A DNA stretch of 64,000 nucleotides from Tubulanus polymorphus (taxonomy: Eukaryota; Animalia; Nemertea), in assembly GCF_964204645.1 (NCBI RefSeq), contig NC_134025.1:17707101-17771100 (forward strand), read 5' to 3'. The translations under genes and the position numbers were made by a program. Shown here piece after piece: positions 38,760 to 50,918 of the stretch. The notes under the pieces are model-generated. The model was not told where the DNA came from. It saw only the letters and a list, made by a program, of their open reading frames with translations, and made no database searches. Positions within the stretch are counted from its first letter, which is position 1. Each line of letters starts with the position of its first letter.

Positions 38760-39270
38760 GAAAAGACAAGCCAAGCCCATTTTAGCTGCCCCAAGATCAC
38801 ACTCTATGAAAAAATGCATCAAGAATTGGTGTAGGTATCGTGCTGAAAAGAAATCCAAGATGGATGGCAACCCTGGTGGCCATACTTGAACTCAATTTTC
38901 AATAAGGGGTAGACATTTCACCTACCAAAATCCTTACACCTAGTATCATGAAAAAGCATCGAGAATTGCAGGCCGTTTCGTGCTAGACATTCAAGATGGC
39001 TGACCTGGCGGCCATATTTGAAACCCGATAACCTCCATATACAAAAGGCATGGACAGCTTACCTACCCTGATCCTCACACCAAATTTTGTGGAAATCCAT
39101 CAAGAATTGCGGGCTGCATCGTGAAAACAAGAAATTCAAGATGGCCACCCCAATGGCAGCCATATTTGATCACCAATGACATTTTTTTTACAATAGAGGT
39201 GGACATCTCGCCAGACCCAATCTTTAAGCTAATTTTCAAAAAGATTCATCGCAAATTGCAGGCGAATAAC
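38760..39270 (+). repeat. Diverged ~140-bp tandem array (HINE-type core)
   Basis: CATC(A/G)AGAATTG...ATCGTG...CAAGATGG recurs near 38817, 38957 and 39098. Confidence 0.55.
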
Positions 39271-39934
39271 TGTGTTGAATTCAATTCAATTCCAGAGGGC
39301 CTGGCTTAGGCCTATGCAGAAGGAGTCAATAAAGATTCGACTTTTTGAAAAACCAGCACAGATGCCTATTCAAATCACATGTAATTGAAAAATTCAGTGC
39401 TTCTTAGTTTGATGTGCTGTTTTCATCGCGCACGTGGTAAATATCATTGTTTACATCGAACGTCTTCAACAGCTGATACAAACGCACCTGCGTCTGTCAA
39501 TCATCTTAATTGATTCATATACTAAAATGCTCACTATGAAAAAACTATGCGGTGAATCAATCCGGAATTTTTCAGTAAAATGTCAGACACTAGGTACTTT
39601 TCTTTAAAAGTTTATTTGTTGTATGTCATTAACAGTCAGTTATATAATACTTCATTCATAACTTTGAAGCGGCGCGCCGGCAGTGAACGCTCTAGCAAGG
39701 TGAGTCACGTAGGCCAATGATAACACGAAACAGACCACGGTTTTGCTGGTTAAAAGCTTCTCTGCACATAAATTTGAGGGACTGTAATGGACTATTTGTT
39801 GACATTAACCTTTAATAAACTTCGTATGGATACAATCAAGATAATTACACCCTAATAAGATAAAATCCCACTATTTACAGATTAAAAGAATTTAAAAACC
39901 AGAATTTATTTATTAAATCTAAAATATTTAAAAG

Positions 39935-39976
39935 ACACGACGTTTCGATCTCACCCTAGAGATCATCATCAGGTGT
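39935..39976 (-). ncRNA. Minimal type I hammerhead ribozyme with canonical core
   Basis: Minus strand: ACAC-CTGATGA-T-GATCTC/TAGGGT/GAGATC-GAAAC-GTC-GTGT. Helices I and II are perfect and the cleavage triplet is GUC. Confidence 0.82.
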
Positions 39977-40063
39977 GAGAAATAGACTAAAAACAGATAT
40001 ATATACAGGTATATATACAGAGGAAGACAGGTTAATTGAGTAAATTGGTGAGTGAGTAAATAA

Positions 40064-41674
40064 TTAGTGTTTGTCAAGGCATGAAGTAATATACTTAGAA
40101 AGAAGGGAATTATGCGGAGAAAAGCCATTATTTAAATTGGTACTAATATCTGAGTGACGAGTAATTAGGGCAGACTCAACTATGTGGCGTTTAGTGTAAT
40201 TGCTGGAAGTATAAATAATTTCGGCTTTATCAAAATTAAAACGATGACCAGTGTTCCAAACGTGATTGGCTACGCCACTAGCCGGTTTTTGATTTATTAT
40301 ATCCTTTTTGTGTTCCGAAATTCGAGTTTTTAAATCACGACCAGTTTCTCCAAAGTAAATTTTATCACAGCCAAAACGAGGAATTTTGTAAACTCCGCAG
40401 TCCAAAGGTTTAGATTGATTGTTTTTTACCAAAGTCTTACTAATTTTGTTTTCAAACGTGAAAATGATTTGTTTATCCAATAAAGGGAGAGAGTGACGAA
40501 ACTTTTCCAAAACAGGTACATACGGAACTACAATGAACTTTGAAATGTGTTTTTTATTTTCTGGAGGTTTAGAATTGAAGAAAGTACGTTTAGCCTTAGA
40601 AATAGCGATTTTCAAAATGTGATCAGGGTAAGCCAATTTTCTAAGAGAGTTGGATATATGGTCAAATTCAGCCGAAAGGAAGGTTTCATCGCAGATCCGC
40701 AGTGCACGGAGAAAGAGGCCTTGAGCGAGACCGATTTTGATTGATTTGGCAGTAAACGAAAAGAAGTGAAGGTATGCCTCGGCGTTGATAGGTTTACGGT
40801 AGACTGAGAAAATCAAATGAGAAAATTTATTGTGAATTAGAACATCTAAAAACGGAATTTGGTCATTTTGTTCCCATTCAAAAGTGAATTTCAAAGATGG
40901 ATATTGGGAGTTGATGAAGTCGATAAAAGAGGTAAGATCAAAATTATCAGAAACTAAGCTCAGAATGTCATCAACATATCTAATCCAAAAGTTAGGTTTA
41001 GAGCCAGCGTACTTAGGGAGAATTTCGGATTCAAAGTGTTCAAGGAAAAGATTAGCCAAAATCGGGGATAATGGGTTACCCATAGCGAAACCGAAAATTT
41101 GTTCATAGAATTTGTCTTGGAATTGGAAATATAAATTGGTAGTACAGAGTTCCAAAAGTTCAAGTAAACATTCTACAGGAAATGGGAGATCAAGATTGGA
41201 GTGCGGGAGTTTTCTTTTTAAGAAATTGAGAGTTGGTTCCAATGGTATATTAGTGAACAAGGAAACAGCGTCGAAAGATATAAATTTTTGTCCATTAGGT
41301 TTGAGATTTTTGAGTTTGTCTAAAAGATCCATATTGTGCCAAATGTGAGAATCAGAAAAAGTACCCAAAGCCGGGGAGAGTACTTTAGCCAGATATTTGG
41401 AGAGCCGATATGATGGAGAATTGATATTAGAAATGATCGGTCTTAACGGTAAATTGGGTTTATGAATTTTTTGAAGACCATAAGCATAAGGAAGATTTGG
41501 AAGCCGAGAGTTAAATTTGGAGAGGAAGTCCGAATGGTCAAGAAATTTCTTAGAGATGTTTTTTAAACCTAAATTAAAAGCTGATTGCATCTTTTTCAAA
41601 GGGTTGTTTTTGATGGATTTGTAGAAATTGGAATCACCGAGAATAGCAAACATTTTAGAATTGTAAATGATCAA
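40064..41674 (-). CDS. Penelope-like RT plus GIY-YIG endonuclease (536 aa open frame, N-truncated)
   Basis: YGL.KIHKP..PLRPIIS, SFDAVSLFTNIP, GFAMGNPLSP, RYVDD, GVYKIP..GC.KIYFGETGR. Confidence 0.93.
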   Translation of the reverse strand: MIIYNSKMFAILGDSNFYKSIKNNPLKKMQSAFNLGLKNISKKFLDHSDFLSKFNSRLPNLPYAYGLQKIHKPNLPLRPIISNINSPSYRLSKYLAKVLSPALGTFSDSHIWHNMDLLDKLKNLKPNGQKFISFDAVSLFTNIPLEPTLNFLKRKLPHSNLDLPFPVECLLELLELCTTNLYFQFQDKFYEQIFGFAMGNPLSPILANLFLEHFESEILPKYAGSKPNFWIRYVDDILSLVSDNFDLTSFIDFINSQYPSLKFTFEWEQNDQIPFLDVLIHNKFSHLIFSVYRKPINAEAYLHFFSFTAKSIKIGLAQGLFLRALRICDETFLSAEFDHISNSLRKLAYPDHILKIAISKAKRTFFNSKPPENKKHISKFIVVPYVPVLEKFRHSLPLLDKQIIFTFENKISKTLVKNNQSKPLDCGVYKIPRFGCDKIYFGETGRDLKTRISEHKKDIINQKPASGVANHVWNTGHRFNFDKAEIIYTSSNYTKRHIVESALITRHSDISTNLNNGFSPHNSLLSKYITSCLDKH

Positions 41675-41708
41675 ATCTTGAATAACAATTTTGCCGCCTT
41701 TATCAGCC

Positions 41709-41806
41709 TAGACAAACTCAAAAATCTCAAACCTAATGGACAAAAATTTATATCTTTCGACGCTGTTTCCTTGTTCACTAATATACCATTGGAACCAACT
41801 CTCAAT
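41709..41806 (+). repeat. 98-bp inverted duplicate of 41225-41322
   Basis: TAGACAAACTC...CCAACTCTCAAT is the reverse complement of 41225-41322. Confidence 0.92.
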
Positions 41807-43147
41807 GCATGAGGATATGTCAGTCAGTGAAAACAAAATTTATATTCCTCATTACATCTTTTTTTCTACTACGCACACTTATCTCGCTCTGAGTGTAGCC
41901 CACCTAAGTGAACGTGTATTGAATCAGAAGTAGAATCATTTTGGGGGTTTATTCAGCATCCTGTAATCGTGTCCTCAGTGTCTTTATTTTTTAGACTAGC
42001 AATTTTATGTGAATATTTACATCATATTCAGTAATAGTAATGTCTCCTAGCACAAACTACGCTACACGCAATATATTTATCACCAGTCACACATTGACCT
42101 TTAGTTGGGAGTGCATTCCAGCTGAAATGAGCAAACTTGATTTGTGGTTTCATTGTTTTTTCTATAAAGTCGAAAGATCAATTCTACTACAAGGGAAACA
42201 TTAAGTTGTTTGCAAAATTGTTCTATTAAAACATTAAATTTCTTTTTATTCTAAATATTGGTGCAATATTTAAGTGTTGCAGAATATTTTTACAATGAGA
42301 CTATGCATTTGTAAGTTTCGTGTAGCATCAGTACTTTTGGGAAAATAGGAACTTTTATTTATGATCAAACTTTTTTGAAAAAAACTTCATTTAACTTTTA
42401 TTTATTTATGAGGTACTGGATGCGGCAGGAGTCAGGGAGTGGTTAGCAAGATTTCAGAGAGGAAGATCCTCAACCAGAGGTTTCCCGAAATTTTAAGAGA
42501 AATTACTTGCAAAAAGCAGGAATTATTATATAATTAAAGTTAAAATTACAAAAACTATTTTGGAGATTTTCAACTAGAACTCTACAGCAATTAGAGGAAT
42601 ATTGGAAGATATTTATTATCTATGACTGAAAAGAGTGAGCTGATAAGAACGGGTTTGCGCAGCTGTATGTAACTTTATTCTAATTCATAGTTATGGCAAT
42701 TAAAAGTTAAGAATAACTTTTTTACGTACTGTTAACCAACATAAGAGTTAACAAATATTTTTGCGTTGCGTAGTCACGCAAAGTTAAAGATTTTAATAAG
42801 TATCGCAGTTACAAGTCCGAGAACAGACGAATCGTTAATTCCGCTTGGAGGAGCAACTTCACTTCGAGATTCAACTGAATGCAAAACTTCATTCGGAATG
42901 CAACTGAATGCAAAACTTCACTGAGATTCAACATCTCCAAGACTTGACGCAGATTCAACTTTGATTTCCGTTTAGACCGTTAACCGACTGGTTGTTCGCG
43001 AGTGTGGAGCGTGGAAACTCTGCCGTAGTCAATAACTTTTTATCACGCATTGGAGACAACAAACTAAATAGTATCGTTCATGAGGACCGTTTAGTTTTTA
43101 TCAGATTATTGCGTGCATACCTTATGTATTGAACACTGAACTGTTAA

Positions 43148-46100
43148 CCCTTACAATACCACTACTGTATGGCATACGGTACAAATTGACAAGCTAGCAT
43201 ACCCGTACCGTATGTGATACAGTATCACTTAACCCTTCTTCTAGAAGGGCATATCTATCAGTATCAGCCGGTGCTGCCATCTGCATAAAATCCAAGATGG
43301 CAACAGCCAGGAAAAAACAATTTGGCAGGATGAAATGGTTCAGCAGCTCGTATATGATGCTGACAGTGATGCTGGTGACTTGAAATTTGGTAGTGAACAA
43401 ATTGAGAGTGACAACGAATATGACAGCAGCAGTTCAGATGATGAGACTTAGTCAGAAAATAGGTTTATAGTGCCGGCTATGATTTTGATGATGAAAATGA
43501 AATCAGTGACAATTTTTTTAGACACTGTTGATACGGTTGTCATGGCAAGGGACACCAATAACAAAAATGAAATATAGCTGCAAAGCAGCGATAACGGGTT
43601 TTCTGAGCAGGCGTGCTATTTATAATTTGAAAAGTGGATAATAGAAATATATCAAAACGGGATACGCATTTGATGTGTCAAGTCACACCAATGCGGTTTA
43701 ACATAACATAATTTATAGTTATAGTCAAATTGGGGGTTACTCGGGTCGTTTAGTTGTCTGTGGAGTCAAGTAGATTGGTTACCCGTCTGTAACATTGGTT
43801 ACGGAGACTCGTCAGCTTGATGAGTTGTATGTATTATGATTGTGCGCCACCTGCATTTTCCGAAATAATGTTCATATAATTATTTGAAGGGACGATTGAA
43901 ATCAATTATCAACGTACATCTGAATATGTAATAGTCCTTAGTAACTTTCTGTTGCAGAGGGCATAGAAAAGATTTTGAAATTATTTAATTAAAATATAAA
44001 TTTTATTTACGAAAAATAAACTATTATGGTCAGTACAAATTGAAAATTCATAGTGTATTTTAAAGAACAAGCTTACATAGCTTACAGAATACATCACGTA
44101 CATTTGAATTATATAAGTGATGGGTAAAAATCAACGTGTGACAGAAAAAAATGTAGTTAATTATTTAACAATATCGAAATATGTGCTCCCTTTTTAAACT
44201 AATGGAGTGATACGCAATTAATCACATGGCCTGTATTAAAAGATAGAACATACAAGTTGGATATTTATAAGTCGAAACATGTGAACAGAAACTAAAACTT
44301 TGATGTCAGTGACCAGTATGGAATTACACAACGACAATTGGCTTTAAACTCAACAAACATTATTAAAGAATGTTTCAAACAAAATGCTTTATATAACGAC
44401 ATGAATAAACTTGTTTTACAAAACAAGAAAGTACATTTTGAACTTTTGAATGGTCGAATCTCATTTATTCACAGTAACCTGTGATGTGGCGATTCTTGGA
44501 GCCATCCTTCTTGATGACGTCACTAACAAGTGGTTACGGCCGTACGCGTGCACTCATTTCTTTGAAAATCTAGCTTCCTCGCGGAGAGGGACCTGGTGAC
44601 GCTGCGCCCCGCCCCATTCGCGCTGAGAAATATCTTATTCCCAGTCAGCAGAGACAGGTTCTAAAGATCATAGAGTGCATCGCTGGAGGGTTTCCGATCC
44701 ATATAGGCCTAATTGAATTTGAATTGGTGCGGTGGCGCTCTCAATGCGGAAGTTTTTGTCATTCCGAAATAAACTGTAAGGTTTCCCAAGTCTCTGTTTA
44801 TAACGCATGCGCATTAGGAAGTGTTGGGGAAATCCTCTAAGTCCAGAAATTGGTCGCGTGCGCATGCGTCGCTACATGTGTATTTTTTCCTAAACTGGGT
44901 CATGTCAGAACGCTGAAACATAGAACTATAACGGAATGAACCTGGGTGAACTTTAGCACAGCGGGAAGGCGCAGTTTGTTTCGGTCACTTAATAGGATCA
45001 TTTGTATTTTGGGGAATGACAGGTGTTCAAGTGGTCTTGCCATAAGCTGAAAATCTAAGATATATATCGGTATATTAAAAAAAAGGATGAATGTATTTTT
45101 CTGCTACACATTCGGGATTCGAACCTAATAGCACTTAAAAGTAAATCCTGGGGTTATCAAAGTTCATTGTTTCATATTCGGGATGCTGTAACTTTTTTAC
45201 TCGGCAAACAATAACCCAGCGACACTTTAATCATCAAAGTTCATACCGTAACGCTTGAAATATGACCAGTAATTTTCGGGTTTCGAACCTGCTTATAAGA
45301 TGAACCAGCGTAAATTAGATCAACATTTTTATGGGATTCGAACCTAATGGAAACTACAGCGACTATTAGTCATTGAAGTTCACATTCAGTTCACATGTAG
45401 TACCGCATGCGCAATGTGCCGATTTCTCGACTTAGAGCAATTACAGCACTGACTAATGCGCATGCGTTAGGTAGAAACGGAGACTTGGGAAACTTTACGG
45501 TTTTTGCCAGTAGCATGGTACGCACTAAATTCAAAATTCTTTATTACCAATATTTTCTAAGCAAAGTTTCATTAGTTTCCTCATTAATTAAATTTAGACC
45601 AAACCAAATCAAATAACATAATATTTTTAATAACCTACAAGTACATTATGAACTTTTGAATGGTCTAACCCCAGTATAGTCCCCCGTGATTTGGAAATTC
45701 TCGGAGCCCTCCTTTATTTACCTACTAAATGACGTCACAAACTGTTATTTCGCCGGTGCTTGTTGTCTAACAATTCAATTCAATTCTTTATTTACAGTAA
45801 CCTAATAAGTAATTTTAAGTTTCAAATAGGATGGAAAGTACATCAGACATTCTGTTGGTTCAGAGAGACCGTTATTACAGTATCAATTTATACATTTCGT
45901 TTCGAAGCTGTCAGTGCGAATCTGAATGAAGATGAATTTCATTTGACGAAATCGGCGGAAAATATATAATAATAATAATAATCAACAGAATTTCAAGAGG
46001 GTTTTCGACGAAAGTCAGAAAACCTAATAACCAGAAACTGTCCATCCTCAAGGTCACATATATCCAAATAATTTGTCTTATTTGTAAGCCCAATGGTTAT

Positions 46101-46593
46101 CAACACCATGGTAAACAATGTATCAGTGTCAAATACATATAGGTAACAATTTTCTGAGGCCTGAAATTATACCCCAATGAAACCCCTTACATCTGGCCTT
46201 CCGACATATCATGTGGTAAATGAGTGAAAAAATAAACTTTTTAGTTGTTCTATTGCATTGAAATTTTTACTACATAAAAGTAAGGATATATGGCATACAA
46301 TTTTAGTTGGAATTGAATAGGTCAGTGCATTTTGCTGGGAGCAGTTTATCTGAAACTTTATCATGAAATTTTTTCATGGCGGCCATCTTGGAGTATGTGA
46401 CCTTGACCTAAGTTCACTTATATCCAAATTATTTATGTCTACATTGTTGCCCCAAAAGTTATCAACAACATGCTATATAAATTTTCTGTGTCAGATACCT
46501 TGGTTACTATTCTATGAAGTTTCAAATATACCCCTATTAACCCCTAAATTCCCTCCGGTACAGCAGCGGAGACACTATGTAGTATTGAAAGGG
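43148..46593 (+). mobile_element. piggyBac-like non-autonomous element with a 2.46-kb nested insertion
   Basis: TTAA TSD (43144-43147, 46594-46597); TIR CCCTTACAATAC / GTATTGAAAGGG. Confidence 0.8.
43571..46028 (+). mobile_element. Large HINE/Helentron-type insertion carrying cargo
   Basis: 5' ATATAGCTGCAAAGCAGC hairpin plus subTIR GGGTTTTCTG; 3' (AAT)n tract and hairpin GGTTTTCGAC-GAAA-GTCAGAAAACC. Absent from the sister copy at 32786-33310. Confidence 0.75.
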
Positions 46594-48273
46594 TTAATCT
46601 GACTTTTCAATCTAGACTGCGCTTTAAGTTTGATTTTTATCTTAATTGATATTTTTAGGTTTCTAATTTCATTTCATTTCTAAATTCTGCAAATTATTGT
46701 TATATTTGTGCATGCTTCACTGAAAATATGAAGTGTTCATATCCATAGTTCAAATACTATTTTGTTGTCAGTGTGTCATTTAGGATGGTGTGTGCATTTA
46801 TTATTTGAACTCACCCGCACAGTGGCGATTCTTTGGCAAGTGCGGTTACATGTGTATACAGTACTACTGCCTCTAGCCTACTACATGTACTAACACGGGG
46901 GATTTCCAGAGTACAGCATCTTCCAATGGCGCAGTTTGCCTAGAAAATTCGATGCAGACATTATTTGTAATTCTCATGAAGAAAATCCCTCACTCGCACT
47001 GTGCTTTCATGAAATAAAAACCTGGGCTAGTGATGAACTGTACAGAGACAATAATCCATCTATCTCTTCAAGTCGGTCTATACCATGAACTGCGCAGGTT
47101 ATATCAATTATTTTTGAATGTGTCAATGCGCGAGCACCTGTGAGGATAGTGATGGGAATAACACTTCATTGCCGGATAAAACCGATACAGACAACTCACT
47201 GACAGGTAGGCCCTCCAAGCACCTCAAAACTTTCCAAAATCAATCAATTTTAGCAACATAAATACAACAGACTATGATAGTCATTGCTAGGACCATGGAT
47301 ACAGGCAAATCACGCGTTACAGGCATTTTTCCATCGGACTGCAAGTTCTATATGATACAGCGTTATCGAACTATATCCATGGTAGTAGAGATACTACGGT
47401 GTACGGCAGGATTTTTACTACCTCAGATGCCTATATGTTCTTCGACTGTAAAAACTATGAAGTGTATCAGTCTGGAATTTTCAGCACAATATCCGATGCT
47501 CAATTCCTTTCTTTAGAGGTTTATTAGGTATAAATCAGATCACAAATGTTTTTAATATCTTGTTCATAACCTTTGAGGAGGCTGGTGTTGGCATCAACAA
47601 GGGTCATCAACATGGCATCAACATGGGTACCGTAGACTTTAATGGACCAGAGCAGTAATGCTCAATGTAACTAACGTCTATTTATACAATTCAAAGGCCC
47701 TCAGTGCATTCATGAGGAATAAACTATACCCACCAATTGCAGACACACACCTTAGCCTACATACGGATACCATATATCCGCAAGCAACAATCAATGTTGT
47801 CGACCTATTTCATTAAAGCCTATTTAATTATTGCTTTCAGATTTGGGTACTGACCTGGTAGCAGGAAGGGCAGGAAGATGACATCGATAACTTCAGTCTA
47901 GCAATGTGATTCTTGACAATAAATCCCTGTGACAACATTGAACTTTGCCTTTGTAATGCGGGGGGGGGGGGGGGTTAGTAATCAATGCTTAGTTGACAAA
48001 GAACCATGAGATGGAGAGGTAACACTTCATATAAATTACATGTTTTATTTATTTGCAAAATGAAATGCGAATTCTTTACAATGACTTGAATCTTCAATAG
48101 TTCAGATGTACCATCATACATGTATTAAAGTTATGGTATTCCATGGACGTCGTAATTTCCTTTTAATGACTGCTTCTCGCTAGATCACTACCGGTACCTA
48201 AAAAAGAGAGAAAATATATGTAAGAGAGAAAATATATGCGTTACTGATGCTTCTGTATACCATCGCCCTAGTA

Positions 48274-48849
48274 CCGTAAAAACCGGCGTATAAGTCGTGT
48301 TTTTAACCCTTGATTTTACCACTAAATTATTGACCTCGACTTATACGCCGAGTACAGTTTTCTACAAAGTATTTTCAGGTCACAAGAAATATTGATTCTA
48401 CCAGACAAAAAAGACAGTGTTCATCTTCTTACTGCTATAACAGTTTGAATAATTATTCATGATAAATAAAGTTATTTAATGAAAAAAACTTCTTTCATTT
48501 TGTCACAGCTTCATTTAAAACGATGTATTCATATATGTGCGCTCATAGCAGCGCTTAATACATTAGGCTATATATAGCGTGTGACTCACACTACTGTGTG
48601 TATTATACCTGAGTGTGTGTAACAGTCTATTGATTAACACACAGCAGCAATCAGGCTGACGCGTGGCGGCGTGCGTGAAGGCACACATCGTTATCAAAAC
48701 AAACTATTCAATACAATGATACTAGTAATTATTCTTCTAAGAGAAGGGACTCGACTTATAAGCCGGATATATGTTAAAATCAAGAAATGTAGGTCTAAAA
48801 ATCGACCTCGACTTATACGCCGCGTATACTTATACGCCGGTTTTTACGG
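48274..48849. mobile_element. pogo/Tc1-mariner-like MITE
   Basis: Perfect 22-bp TIR CCGTAAAAACCGGCGTATAAGT with TA TSD. Confidence 0.9.
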
Positions 48850-49577
48850 TAACTAATCAAGCATGACCAAATATCGCAAGTTTCTAAATTACGCTAAAAT
48901 GTTCGATTCGTACATTATCATCTGGAAATGTTTAACCTGGCCAACCTCAAGAAATGTTTTAAGTTTTAAACGCCTGTGCAATGTTCTGTCAAAATAATTG
49001 AAGCAACTGTTTTATTGCACAAACATGTATTGTAACGACAGATAACTAAGACAAAGCAATTCAAACCCACCGTTCAAAACACTGCATCGGTTCTATAATA
49101 ATGTTGTTTATTCGGAAATAATTCAGAACTTTATTCATCAGTTTTGCGTAATCGCATGGCCAGCAAATCCACTGAGTAAGAAGTGGAGGGGTGGAAGATT
49201 ATAGTTTTCTTCTAAATAACTAAAGGAAAAGGAAAGAGCTGAAAGGAGTTTGTATTCAGATTCACCAGGCATCTTTTTTACAAACGAGGCTCAGTAAATT
49301 AATGAAAGAATTAAGGCCTGTTTATTGGACATAATTTGTTAATTCATCAGGAGAAAATTACAATTTTTGGAACTAAAATTTGTATTTCCGAGTAGTACTT
49401 ACCCTTTCCTATGGTTTTTGCCAATATTTTCTAAATTTGGATTGATCGCCAATGGTTTTTCTATACGACCCGGCCCTGCGGTATTGCATTTAGCCACCGG
49501 CGAAATCCGCCATCTTTTTACGTCATAGCAGACCAAAAAAAAAAAACAGCTATGCGGGGCAGGTGGGCGGGATTCCC

Positions 49578-49675
49578 ACCATAGGAAAGGGTAAGTACTA
49601 CTCGGAAATACAAATTTTAGTTCCAAAAATTGTAATATTTCCGTCGAGTACTGCACCCTTTCCTATGGTTTTTGC
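49578..49675. other. DIRS internal complementary region (ICR)
   Basis: The first half is the reverse complement of the 49357-49415 end; the second half (ATTTCCGTCGAGTACTG.ACCCTTTCCTATGG) is the reverse complement of the 55116-55153 end. Confidence 0.9.
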
Positions 49676-49856
49676 TAGACTAGCCTAGCACAAGGATGGT
49701 GGGAAAGGTAGATAGAAAAACCACCGCTCAAACGCAAGGTAAGAAGGAAAAAGAGAGCACTTACCCAAGCACGGAACGGAGCACCGTAGCACAGGGAAGA
49801 CCGGTTGGCCACAGTGAGTCCGTCCAGCTCAGGGGCCCCCCCAGAATTTTGCGAAA

Positions 49857-50918
49857 TTAAGTTGCCATAGACCTCACTTGATGAGAAACCACTCCCTCCG
49901 AGGAAAGATTCTCCTTCAATAAAATGTCCTTGATCAGTGAAGAGACCCATCGGGCCACTGTGTCCCGCGAAATATCACCCTTTAGGTGATCCAGCAGCGG
50001 AATAAATAACCGCTCCCGTGAACCCCTCCATGAAGCAGAGCGATCTAAATAGAAACACAACGCCCGCACAGGACATAAAGTCCTGTCCGGGATGCCCGGT
50101 TCCACTCGATGTTTTAGGGCTTCAATTCGCCATTGACGCCCAACCGAGCCTGGTCGTTGGTTCTTTGCCAAAAATTCCAAAGCAGGCCGCAGCGAAACAA
50201 ATTCCTTCGCTGGCCCAAAGACAATATGACCTTGTCGGACTGAAAGCACATGAATCTCAGAGCGACGGGCCGAGCAAGCCAAGAACAGCAAAAATACAGT
50301 CTTTTTTGACAAGTTTGCAAATGACGCTGCCGAAAGAGGTTCAAATGGAGCCTCCATTAACTTCTTCAAAATTACAGACAGATCCCATGGTGGAACTGTC
50401 CTTGGTACCCGAGGCCGGGATATAGAAAACCCTGCAACCAGCTGGGATATCCGATGATCCCCTGCTACATTTGGCCATCCAGAAGCACGCAATGTATGAG
50501 AAATCGCGGAGCGGTAACCTTTAATAGTTATGACCTGCAAACCTTTTACTACAAATAGGTGCAGTAAAAAATCTGCCAATTGAGCTACAGAGGGTGAGCA
50601 TGGATCAATTTCCCCTGCAGCACACCAATCCGCAAAATGACTCAATTTGGCATCGTAAATGGTACTTGTTGATGGCCGCTTTGATCCTGCGATAAAGGAG
50701 GCAGTCAGTTCTGAAAAGCCTGAAGCTGACAAGGATCGCTGGACAATGGCCAGGCGAGCAGATTTAACCACTGGCTGTTTGGATGATGCCGAAAGTTCCC
50801 CTGAGACAGAAGCGATGGGAAATTCGGAAGAATCCTGGGGTTGTCGCACAGTAGGTTGAGAAGTGGTAGGAACCATTTCTGAGCCGGCCAACATGGTGCT
50901 ACCAGAACTATGTTGCAA
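49857..50918 (-). CDS. DIRS tyrosine recombinase, C-terminally truncated
   Basis: SAM-like TIKGYRSAIS, PPWDL, KTVFLL.LA..ARRSEI, K.Q, LCPVRAL, HQVRSMAT*. Confidence 0.9.
   Translation of the reverse strand: MQHSSGSTMLAGSEMVPTTSQPTVRQPQDSSEFPIASVSGELSASSKQPVVKSARLAIVQRSLSASGFSELTASFIAGSKRPSTSTIYDAKLSHFADWCAAGEIDPCSPSVAQLADFLLHLFVVKGLQVITIKGYRSAISHTLRASGWPNVAGDHRISQLVAGFSISRPRVPRTVPPWDLSVILKKLMEAPFEPLSAASFANLSKKTVFLLFLACSARRSEIHVLSVRQGHIVFGPAKEFVSLRPALEFLAKNQRPGSVGRQWRIEALKHRVEPGIPDRTLCPVRALCFYLDRSASWRGSRERLFIPLLDHLKGDISRDTVARWVSSLIKDILLKENLSSEGVVSHQVRSMAT

Larger units (their letters stand above)
39815..41806 (-). mobile_element. Penelope-like retroelement 2 (5'-truncated, with inverted duplication at the 5' junction)
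   Basis: ADKGGKIVI motif at ~41690, an open RT plus GIY-YIG ORF, and a hammerhead in the 3' tail. Confidence 0.9.

Noticed and set aside
40547-41933. Plus-strand ORFs over the Penelope element
   Set aside because: They are antisense shadows. The RT-like peptide in 41585-41812 comes from the 98-bp inverted duplication.
45113-45345. tRNA genes suggested by GGTTCGAATCCC motifs
   Set aside because: No acceptor stem, D-arm or anticodon arm can be folded.
47270-47910. Coding-looking stretch (ORF 47274-47516 and alternative frames)
   Set aside because: The likely frames contain stops and I recognise no motif, so I cannot support a call without a search.
49857-50918. Phage integrase, prophage or bacterial contamination in the GC-rich block
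   Set aside because: The recombinase overlaps an RT/RNase H ORF and is bounded by ITRs and an ICR, which is a standard DIRS1 layout.
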